Origin: a bacterium
Lineage (GTDB): Bacteria > Patescibacteriota > Minisyncoccia > Phycocordibacterales > UBA6899
Direction of reading: 5' to 3'
NCBI GenBank assembly: GCA_043756865.1
Contig: JAYUQG010000014.1
Span: 2,349 to 66,348 of the forward strand
DNA length: 64,000 nucleotides
The notes beneath the pieces were generated by a model, which had not been told where the DNA came from, did no database searches, and saw only the letters and a program-made list of their open reading frames with translations. A program made the translations under genes and the position numbers. Positions 18,101-30,100 of the stretch are shown here, one piece after another. The stretch's first letter is position 1, and every line of letters starts with the position of its first letter.

Positions 18101-21100
18101 GCAGTCGAGCTAAATCGAAAAACGGAAACCTCAGGATTCAGTGTTCCCGTAATCACCAAGGGAGTGGCGCCTCCTGTCAAATTCCACGCAGAGGGAACAC
18201 CTGCGTTAAGTGTATGCCCAGCAGTGACCGTCATTATGGTGGCTATAGAGATTGTCGAAGAACCGGTCTTCGTCGTTGTGCCACCCGCACCATTTCCAAA
18301 ATTGAGGTTATTGAAACTCCAGTTCGTGTTCCCCCCAAAAGTGCCTCCATTTGCAAATGTGACACTACCACCCGTCATAGCGACTGTACCAGCTCCCGTC
18401 ATATTGACGCCAGAGATAGTCATCGAATTTGCACCAACGAGTGTTCCCTGTGTGACCGTCAAATCATTTCCCGTGTTTGTCGTTTGGTTTACTGACCACT
18501 CCCCGCCACTTCCATTAAACACGAGATTCCAGAAATTAATCGGCGTAATACCCACGAGCAACTTCCCTGTTGTGGTGGCAGTAAAGGTGAATGTCGAAGA
18601 TGCAGCCGTAAAGGTTGCTCCTGCATCAAGGGCGAACCGCCCACCTACCGAGTGTGATTCATTTCCCTGTGCAGTAAATATGGCATTGTTGTCGACGTGG
18701 AATGTACCGTCCCAGTTGTTTCCCGAACCACCGGAGTTCAGTGTGATATTGCCATTTGGAATAAAGGTTTTTGCATTCCAGACCCAAAATTCTGTTTCTG
18801 GATTCACTGCAAGCGTGTTGGGTCCCGTTGTTGCGGCAGAGTATGAAATATCACTGTCATTGCCCGCGTCATATGCATTCATGTGCTCAATCCCAAGTGC
18901 AGCGGTATCTTCGTGTCGGACAATCACGCGGTCTTGATAAAGATTAATGCCGGTTAAGTCCGCAGATGCAGACCTCGTAACCAACGTTGCTTTTCGCCCA
19001 CCGTTTGTATCGAGGTAAACGGTCATCACCGTATCTCCAATAAACGTCACCCCCGGTACCGTATAGGTACCGTTAGCTGACGAGCATGGTGCTGCAAAGT
19101 TGCCGAGCCCGTTCACTCTGACGCGCACATTTGGTGTCACGTTATCACATGTTGTTGTGGACATCGGGGTTACGCCGGCGTCGCTATAAACCGTTCCTGA
19201 AATGGAGATGACAAAAATACTGTCGTCCCATCTTATGTATCCGGGGTTACCGCCAGGATCATTGTCATTGGACTCTCCTGCAATATTTCCATAATGCTGC
19301 CTAAAACGGATGAATGATGATCCCGCCGGAGTTCCGATTTCTGTAACGTTAAATGCCAAAATCGCTGTGGTTGTTGCAAACCGCACGGTGAACAGTTGAA
19401 TTCCGGTGTTCTGGTCGACGGTCGTCGACGCAATGGTGATTCCACTACCGCCATTCGTAGCAACTTCAAAATCTCCATAAGACAGTGAGGTGACGGTTGT
19501 TGTACCCGCAAGCTCAAGTCCGCGCGCACCCATGTTTCTAAACTGATAATAATTCGCATTCAAGGTTGCGTCTGAAAGTGCAACGACAAAACTTCCCGTT
19601 GTTGCGCGGTCTATGGTGGTTGAAGCGGTCGTGGATCCGATTATTTGGAGAGTTGCATTTGTGGTAAAGCTGGAAGTTGCGGTGGGTGCAAAGCGTACAT
19701 TTACCTGTCTTCCACTCCCCCCAAGTGCAGTGCCGTCAAAATCTGTCGCAAAACTCCAGTAGTCTGTTCCCGTTGTGCGAATATAGTTCCCACCAATAAA
19801 GAGCGAGCCATCTAATGCACTATCATCTTGGGAATACATCGACGACGTAGGGGTGAACTGGTACGTATTGCTCGAAGAATTCCACATGCGTACATTTGTC
19901 CCCAGAGCGAGACGCAGTGTCGCATAGCTATCGGCGCCTGTTGTTTTTGTATTCAGTGTGTAGCTCGTGCCCGAATACAGTGTGAGTGTAGTGCCGGTCC
20001 ACGTCGTCGAAGCACCACCGACATTATTGGTGAACGTACCTCCAACTGCAAGTGCAGTTGCCGTGGCCTGCGTGAAACCACCGGAAATAAGTGTAAATGC
20101 CGCCGTTGCCGTGGCGTTCCCGGTAATGCTTATGGTTGCAGTTGGCGTCGCGAGCACATTCACCGTTGCAAATGTTGAAGGTCCCGCAGAAACAGTTTTT
20201 GTTCCTGAAGCAGGGTTAAAATGTACCGCTCCGGACCCGGAAACAAATGCTCCAGTGGCTGAGAAGTTTCCTCCAATCGCAAAATTCGCCGTGGGTAATG
20301 TTGTGGTGCCCGCGGCAAATATTACATCACCTGTGGCGGTCGCGTTTGCGTCGGCAATTGTAAATCCGCCTGCGTTCGCGACAAAAAAGTTTGCAAGTGT
20401 TGAGCCGGAGAGGCGCACGATGCGGCCGGAAAGCACCGAGGTCATGCGCAGTGTTCCTCCGTTTGCAACGAATGCTCCTGATTGATTATCAAAGGTATTT
20501 CCCGCTTCGAGTGTTCCACTTGGCAATGTGGGTGTACCTGCAGTGATATAAAATGTTCCCACCGTGGTTGCATTTGTATCTTGGAATGTCCAAGCACCTC
20601 CAGCGCCAGCAAATAATATGTCATTCCACAACGAACCGTTCGCGCGCACATTTTTGCCCGATGCGGTGGAGGTGAAGCGTACAACACCGGAATTGTGGAC
20701 GAACGCCCCTGCTGTGTTTGAGAATGATCCCCCTATCGCCAGAGTTCCTGAGGGTAACGTAGTAGTTCCTACACCTGTAATTGCGAAATCATTGGTTGTG
20801 GTTGCATTGGTGTTCTGCCAAATCCATGTCCCTCCTACGCCACTAAAGGTCGTGTTGTAAAAATTCGATACACCTTGGTTTATTGTTTTGCCGGTTGTTG
20901 TTGCAGCAAAATCAACGGTACCCGTAAGTGAGGTAAAGGTTCCCGTGTTGTTCCAATTTTCCAGCACCGTCAATGTGTATGCGCTGCCGGCAGAAAGTGT
21001 GTCATCTGCTCCTATTACAATGTTTGTGGCCTTCACCGAGGATCCGAGTGTGAGCGTTTTTGCGGTACCATTGACCACCACATTCCCGAGGTCCTGCTTT

Positions 21101-24100
21101 GCGGCGGTATTGTCTGTCCATATTCTCGCAGCGGTGCCGGAAAATGTAGTTGTTGCAGTGCCCTTGATAAAGGTGCCTGACGCACCAATAGTGAGGTCCC
21201 CCTGCAGTGTGATGTCATTTGTGCCTTGTGAGGTCGTCCCAAAACTCATCGCAACAGTACCTGTGGCCACAAAGGCAGAACTCAGATTCCACGTCGCGGT
21301 GTTACCTGATTCTCCGAATGTAACATTATAAAATGTTGAGGTTGCTGCGCCCGTCGAGTCAATAGTGCGTGTTGAACTGGTGCCGTTAAAAATTACGGTT
21401 GAGGCATTTGAAGTAAAGCCGCCTAGGTTTCCCCATGAACCACTCACCTTGATGGTATTCGTATCTGCAAACAAAAATCCATTCACCCGCATATCCCACG
21501 TATTGATGGTCTCGGATGTTGAAGTTGCGGGTCTGAATGTGTTTGAAAACACGTGAATACTTGAATCGAGACAGGAGCCCACGACGCAATTATTAAAGTC
21601 ATTTCCTGCGTCGATATCGTAGAAAATATCTTCACTCCCTGAAACTGAATTATCATATTTCGCAAGATCGGTGAGGCTGATGGACTGACCTGTAGTAGAG
21701 GCAGAACCGATTGTGACCCAACGTTCACTGATTCGCATTCCTCCCATATCACCGGGGCCTGTATACTTCGCAACCGTAACAGCCTCATTAAAATCGTTTG
21801 CACCACTGATAAACACGGTCAGTGTGTTGCCGGGAAATACGGTGACATTGTCTATAAACCAGTCTCCGTTTGCAATCGTGCCGGTTCTCCCCACTTGGAG
21901 TGAGCCGTTAACTGCAACTGCCACTGTTCCCGAGGTGACAGTTGAGGTGAGATCATGCAGGCGCGCAGTTCCCGATATGCGAACCCCAGCCGCCCACTCA
22001 ACCGTCCAATCGTTAAGGGTCGGGCAAACCCCAGACATACAGGTCAGTGTCCCCTTTAAGCGTATGACATTGTAAAGAGTGGTATCCAGCGCAGTAATAC
22101 TGATAGGCGAAGTAGTAGTTCCTACAGAATTTCCAGGAATCAACGTGTCTGGAATTAGGGCCCACGTTCCCGATGCGTTTTGATATTGCACCTGTGTCAT
22201 AAAAGTGGTTTCCCCTGGTGTGGTTGCGTCCCACTTCACACGTTGCCACGCAGGTGCAATACCATCATCGTAGTCGATTGGTGTTCCAATAATGGTACCA
22301 ACGGACAAAGGACTTTGTGGAGCCATATAGAACGGTTCTCCGAAGGGACTCGCGGTGACCGAAGCAGTATCTTCGATTGTTTGGTGGTTCTCCCACGTGG
22401 AGGAGCCTACAAGCTCAGCATATTCATAATCAGTGCCCACATGGTCAAAAAACATCCCGAGCATAGTTCCAGAGGCAGAAGTGCGCACGAGCTGATTAGT
22501 GAATGAAGTGGGAAAGGTTGTTCCTCCCGTTGAAGCCATGTTGCGCTCCCCTTGATAAAGCACTCCATCCCAAAAACGCCATCGTGTTCCTGTCGTATCT
22601 GCATAGGGAACCATGATGTAGTTGGTGCGGCCACTTATGGTTTCGTACTGGCAATCAACAGGTCGACCATTGAAAGATTGTCCCGTGATCTCCAATTCGG
22701 TAAATGCTGCCCACGTATTAGTGGATCCCGTCCATCGTATAACGCCAATATCATTGTCCTGGTCGATATAACAAAGAGCCATATCGTCATTGGTCTTATT
22801 TCTCCGAAGGTTTCCACTTTCAAAATCGTCGCCGAGCGCAACCGTCGCGGTTGCCGTCCACGATGCACCATTCCAACTTTTCCATACAAAACTCGCATTT
22901 ATTCCATTGGATGCCACAACGACTGCATCGGTTCCCGAGTTCTCATACTCCACTGCCATGCCCTCATGCGCGATGTCTCGCATCGAGCCGAGCACCGTCG
23001 CATTTCCCCATGATGATGTGGTGGCATTCCACACCTGTGCCTCGTACATAGAACCGGTGTTGCGGAACAATCCGATGATTTCATTTGAAATGGGGTGAGA
23101 TGCCAGACGTACCCATTCACAATTTGTTGCGAAAGAAAGATTGACCGTGCCGGTTGCTGACCAGGCGCTCCCCGTCCAAATACGATATCCTGCCGTGGGG
23201 GAACTGTCACAAGTAACGGCAATCGCTCTTCCTGACACGGTTTCGTAGGCGACATCAAAACTCCTGCGTTGGGGCGACGGTGCAGCAGTCCCCGTTTCTT
23301 GAAGATTCGCCCATGCGCCACTTTCATATACTTGAAAGTTTGTGTCGCGGTCTGACCCAAGCGTACCCAGAATATATTGCGAGATAAGGGGAGAAGACTT
23401 CACGATTACCCACTGAATAGTAGCGCCAACAGAAAGCGCTGTTTGCTCACCCCCCAGTGTGATTCCATCAAAAATACGGAACCGTGGAGTTTGCACGGTG
23501 CCTTCACCGTAGGCCAGCATGACTTCATCCGTCGTGGTAGCAACGGTGGTTGAACCTGTACCCGTCAGGCGAAGTGAGGAGAGTGTGTCAGTCCTGAACT
23601 GGTCGTCCACGGTCTGAAACCACGTCGCAATAGTGATGGAAAGATCCACGGTGAAACTTCGTGTTTCCGAATAGAATGAATACGTATTCGCGCCAGTAGG
23701 ATCACGTCCGCGCACGCGCCAGAAGTACGTGCTCGAAGCAATAAGCGCATCTCCGGGCTGAATCGTGAAACGAATACGATCGCTTGAATTAAATGGTGTG
23801 GTGTCGGTGGCATTCTGAATATTTTGGAATCCAAGATTTACTCCGGAATTGCGTGTCGTGGATGAAGTAAACGCAGATGTGGTTGACCACTGGATTTCAT
23901 ACTCAATCGGGTCGCCCTGAGGGTCAGCGGCAGTCCATTCAAATGTAGGCGTCGTTGTATTTAGCTTGGCATTACTAAATGGTAAGTACAATGTCGGAGT
24001 TCCCACAGTAAAGCCCCAATCAATTGTCCAATCAAATAATACTGGTGTCCCCGTCGTATTCGTGAGATTCGCGCGTATGCGTATCGTCGCATACACCGTT

Positions 24101-27100
24101 GGGTCGATACTCAGCAGCGACACAGGTGAAGCTCCGAATCCCGCACCATTACCGGGGAGTGCAGTATCGGGGACCAGTGCCCACGATGATGTCGAGGTGA
24201 GATATTCTATTTGATACCCCACTGTTCCATAGACCTCACTATCGCTAAAACGCAGATTTCCCCACACCGAACCAATTGTTTTAATATTAAAATCAATTGC
24301 TGAAGAATATATGGTTCCCGTAGTTGAGCCGTTGATGAGCATCACGGCATCTGTGGCCGTTGAGTGTACTCCTGAAAGCGTGTCGAGTTGGAACTGATCA
24401 CGTGTGGTTTGGTGCCACGTTGATACCACTACCGCCGTATCAACGGTGAGACTGCGCGCGGTGGACCACTCACCCCACTGGTTAGACCCGCTCGAATCCT
24501 TTGCTCGTACTCGCCACCAATACGTACTACCGTTTGTGAGGGCAGTTGCTGATTTGAACTGAATTTTGTCTCCTGAATTAAAGGGTGCCTTGTTTGCAGG
24601 GGTATCCACATTTTCAAAAAGATCGGGGTCTGCGAGTGAATCTGAGTCTATAACGGAAGTAGTAAATGTCGCTGAAAATGAAATCTGCACTTGGTAATCA
24701 AGGTCATTGACCTCCCCATCGGTCGCGGTGAATTGAAATGATGGAGTTGTGGTGCCCACCTTCTCAAACGAAAATGGCGCAGATTGGACTGTTACCCCCG
24801 GTGATGCGTTGGTCAAGACAAGCGGATAATTCACATAGGTATCAAGCGGTGTACCATCTGACTTCACCATCCTAAAACAATACCGCGTATTCGGTGCTGC
24901 CAGATTGTCCTGAACGACCCAATCCCATTCTCCGACTCCACCAATCGGAACTTGTGTCCGTGTAGTCGTGGAATTATTTTCTTCAGCGTAAGCCTCGGCC
25001 ACTGTAGAGGATGAAAGGAGGAGCGTCGTGAGCGTCGCCCCATCGGAAACTCCCGTGTTATTGAATCCCCGCCATAGTGCGGTTGAGGAAGCGAGCGGGG
25101 AAACATCACTCCAATTCAATGCGGACTCGCAAATGGGGTCACTTGAATACTGGAGCTTAAATGCCTGAACTCCCACAGTGGAGGTCGCATTCCCCACAGA
25201 CACATTCATACGCAGACGAATTTTGTCGGTGGGTTTTAGGCTATCAAGCGATGTTTCAATCGGAGTATTTTCCGCGAGATCAGACCCACCAGGAGGCCAA
25301 GGGTCTGTCGGAGTCAACAGATTTGCGTTATTGTAGACCCGATAAGAATCTTGTGTAAATACAGGAACCCCAGAAAGTCGTTTTCCAAATATTACCTCGA
25401 CGTACCGAGGAAGCTGGCTTTCCGTAGAAAAACCCGTTAGGTCTACTGAATGCACATGTGTTGTTGGTGCCGCCTGTACACCAATACGTCCGGGGGCGCT
25501 TTCAGACGACGCACCCGTTACCGCACCCGTCATGTCCGAGTACGTATGGTCAACAGCTCCACCCGTTCCCCCATACGTGCTTGATGCTTTCACAAACTTT
25601 CCATTGAGTGTGCCACCGATGTCAGAAATTCGTGACCAGCCCGCCGCGGGGTCATTGTCCCACATGGTTATCATGTAATTTGAAGTGCCCGTCGCGGTCG
25701 CAAGCTTTGCAAATAACATTTCCACGTTGGGTGGTTCGCTATTTACGAGTGGGGTATTTGTGGCCGTAAGTGTGTGTGTGTGGTTTTCAGCAGAAGGAAG
25801 CGGGGTCGACTGAGTCCCTCCGAGGCGTGAGCGATATCTCTGCGGTGAGACACCGACTGTTGAAGAACCAGTCATAGGATGGATGTGCGTGTTTGAACCT
25901 GTAGCGGTACCGGCAGTATTTTGACCAAACGGATAATATCCATCTTGTGGTGTGTATCGATTCCAACCGGTTGGCAATGAAGACGAGGCGATATCAAAAA
26001 GTGCAATAGCACCGGCGGGAATAGTTGCGGGTTCACCTGCACTATTTGCCTGAATGACACGCAGCTGTCGAGAAAGCGGAACCGTGCTGGTTGCCCCGAC
26101 GGATACAGAGAGAGTGTGTGCGTGGGATATACCCGCCAAGAGTGTATTCACTACTGAATTTTCTGTTACCCCCGTTGACCCTGTGTTGAAAACAGTTGCG
26201 GTGACTGAATGGGTGCTGGTGGGTACTCCTCCAAACCCCCCGTATGTAGACGACCCGAAAGGTAATCGTTCATAAAAGGGATCCGTCGTGAGACAGGACA
26301 CACACGTCCAAGTGGCAGGGATGGTGACATTGTCATCCCAAAAAAGCATCATCTTCCCTGCTGCATCTGACGCTATCTGCCACTTTCGCGCTTCCACAAA
26401 CGAGTCATCTTCCCCACCCATAGAAAGTGGGCCCATGAGATAAAGGTACGGTGAAACATCAGGAGCATCAAATGTATATGCAAAGTCAACCACTCCGCCC
26501 GCTTCCAACTTTGTCGGCCACGATGCAGTCATAAAGGTGTGTGCATCGTCGCCCCAAGCAAGCGTGGCATTCCCACGGTCAATCACGATAAAGTCGCCGG
26601 GGATGCGCTCGACAATGTTTCCCTCAAATGCCTCAATCGCGCGCACACGTATCTTCATCGGATAGTGCGCTAAGGGGAAGATGCGTGTTGGTCCCACACG
26701 TTCGATTACATAGGGTACATAATCACGTACTTCGAACGTATCGGTCACTTGGCTCGCGACATTCTCGTTCACATCGAGACGCACAAGTTTTGCTTTATAC
26801 GTTCCCGTTGCTGCCAGCGGTATGTCGTATGCGGCAGCATAGTCGGGAACATCTACTACATTGTTACCGTTGCACTTCCCCGATGCCGTGACGGGGACCT
26901 CCGTCTCAGTCCCTCCCGGTGTGGTCACCCACAGTTTAAGCGGTGCATCACAGATGGTATTTCCATTGTTCGAAAGTGCGGCCAGCGAAATATCGAGACG
27001 CTCACCGGGCAGGGAAATACTCTTCGCATAATTGATAGCTAACACACCCCAATAGAAATCGAACTCATCTGTGTACGTATCGCCCCCCTCTTCAATCTCA

Positions 27101-30100
27101 ATATGCAGTGTGTACTTGCCGGGGCGAACGGCTCCGGTGTCGTCTTTTAACTGGAGTGACCACTCCCCGCCCTCACCATACTTCACATCATACTCCGCAG
27201 GTTTGTCTCCAAAATGTGGGTGGCGCAGCATAATGCGTGCAACAGTAAATGACTGCACGCCGAGCAGCTTCCGCACACCCTGCATCAGGCCGCTTGATTG
27301 GCTCTTGTATTGAAATCGAAATGTCGGCTTTTGGTGTAACGAGAACTCACGCTCTTTGGAGAGTAGCGTATCGACATGCTCTTTATCTTTGCCATCATCA
27401 GTCACATCGAGTTTGCGATGCTCACCGGGAACCACAAACTCAGTCTCCCCAAGTTGTAGTGTCACAAGCGCAGCACCCGGGGCACGCGAAAGTGCAGCAC
27501 TCTCAAGCATACGCACGCCCGCCCGCCCCATACCGACACCCGCCTCCGAGAATGTTCCTGCGGGTATTGCCATGCCTAAAAACTGAGTCACACTTCCTGA
27601 AACAGCCCGGAGCGTAAAGCCAAGCGGAAACACTCCGCTCTTGGGAAGAAAGTGTGTGGCACCGGGGCTATTTCCCCGTCCATGACATGTTGATGAAGCA
27701 ATCATTGTCCCCTCTTCGTCATAGAGTCCAAATAGGACGGGCTCAGGTGTGGGAGCACACACGAGGGCAATGTGACTTGCATCAAATGGGGAACGATAAC
27801 TTCCACCCATAAGACTACGGGGTAGTATGCTCAATAAAGATTCGGGGGGGGTCATGAGTCCCCCAATCGGTTGAGTGTGCGCGTCCACGCGAAATGCCTC
27901 CGCACCATCCAGCGGTCCAGAGTTACACTGGTCGACAACAAAACTCGCTCCCGCGCGTCGACCGTCGATGGATTTTCGCGCGCCACTTGCACACAGTGCA
28001 GTGATGTCGGTACCATCGTTTCTCACTCCAACCGTAATCTTTCCAAGCGCGAGTCCAAAGAGCGATTCGGTGGTAGCAGAAGGGATTGGTGTCGGTGCTC
28101 CACCTTCACCTCCTACGAGTGTGAGTACTGCATCGCGGTCGAGGTCAACAAGTACACTGTCTGAAAGTGTTATCGGTCGACGCACAATCGAACCGAAAAT
28201 AGGGTCAATGGACTCAACCGTGCCGCCAACACCGATTGCGCCATGAACTGCCTCACTATCAAGCGCTGCAATAGCGAGCTCACGTTCGCCACCAATTCCT
28301 GGGAGTACGAAATGCTCCCCTGCATATCCCAACGGAACATAAACGGCAACGGGCGAAACGGCAATCACCGATGCGGTAATCGGTCCATCCGCATGCACAA
28401 TAGTGCTGGGTTGAATTCCAGAAAAGAGCGCACTCTCTCCCTGCTCCAGAGTAACTGATTGTTGGTCTTCAATTTCCACACGCACATGAGGAGCGAGGGC
28501 AAGTACATGGAGTGTCATGTCCAGTTGACTACCTCCAAACACTACGCCGCGTGGAGTTAGTGCCGTGGTGCGAAACGGAGTGAATTCATTCGAGCGCGAA
28601 GTTGCGAACTGATCTCCAAAATACACATATACACTCGACGTAGCTCCCGCAGATAGTTTGGGTACACGCACCCACGCAAGTCCACGCTGTTCTTCACTAT
28701 TAAATTCAGCAAGCCAATATGGAAGTTCTATCTTCCCACTTTCATCGACGAAACGAATATCGGAACCGGAAGCAGAAACATACTCCCAGAAGTCTGCGGA
28801 CATCCCCGCAAAATCAACAGGGATGGCAAACTCTCCGTCCGCGCTCACCGCACTGCTGTCCCATGTTATTGGTATGCGATGATTCCACGAACCACCCCAA
28901 TCAGTGTGGAGCAATCCGTACGCACCCGACTCTGCGGCTGCTTCGATTGCGAGATCCCCACGTGCATTGAGTGGCACATCCAGTGTGACGCGAAAGTACA
29001 TGGTCTGCCCCGGATTCAAAAGTACGGAGTCGGCGAGATATGACTCCGCACGAAGTGAGGATGGAATCAAGTCAACGGGCATTTCTGCAACCAAGAAATC
29101 AATCGCCTTTGTAAATATCCCGCTTTCGTCAGCAATGGCACCCCGTGTAATTGGTAAAGTCGTCCAACCATCGCGATAGCGCGTTTCTGTCTCAAGCCCG
29201 ACACCGACTCCTTTTGCAATACAATTTGTACCTTCGATATTCAGTGCGTCACATGTCGCACGCTCCCGCGTCTCCACGCAGCTATACGCATCCGATCCGG
29301 AGTCTCTCGTACTCTCGTTCTCCCAACCCGCTGCACAAAAATATCCCACGTCGTCATACTTCAGTGCGCTGCCCTGATAGGGAGTATTGTGTGACCAGCG
29401 CGACAAAGTGCGCACCGTTGCTCCCTCATCTTGAAAACGAAACTGTAATTTCAATACCTCCGCTTCGGTGCTCTCATTTGTCACGTTGACGTATGCATCC
29501 ATGGTGCCAAGTGCGTGGTACGTTTTTTTGTCGCTTTTTATGACAAGCTTCTGTCCCTCATGCGCCTCTCCATTGGTAAACAATATCGTTCCCTCTTCAG
29601 GCGTGACCAGTTGGTCGCGACGCGCCTTGCGTGCCTCAGCATCCCGCGCGGACAGTGTGCTCCTGATATTCGCACCCGAAAGCGCAAACTCTTCGGCAGA
29701 TGAGTTCAGTGTAGTGTCTTGATAACGCACGTTTACCCAGAGGCCGTCCACATACACCGCAGCATCCTCTTCACTTGCGCGGTCATACTCCAGCACAACC
29801 TTCAAGTCTGACAAATCATCCCACGTTGAAATATTTGGAAGTTCAAATTTGAGATACCCCGCACGTTTCGCGTTAGACAACTCCCCCCGAATCTCAGAAC
29901 TTCCGAGAAATTCCCAGCGACCTGCGAGATAGGCGCGCACAAGCACACGGTCATATTCCCCGCTGGAGTAAGCACCTCGTCCTGCGAGCGAGAGCTCGAG
30001 TGTTGCACCAGCAACTGCTTTACCCTCGAGTGTACCGCCGAGGCCAAACCCTACATACTCGGCGAGATGACATGTTTTTCCAAACGTACTGCAAAGGGAG

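Noticed and set aside
15197-20860. plus-strand ORFs inside the giant gene (e.g. 15197..15739, 15740..16108, 18164..18937, 19967..20485, 20564..20860) with Pro/Val/Ala-rich translations
   Set aside because: They are antisense frames of a continuous 18.7-kb minus-strand ORF whose codons are Thr/Gly/Ala/Ser-rich. Their mutual similarity simply reflects the sense-strand repeats, and there are no start or RBS signals.
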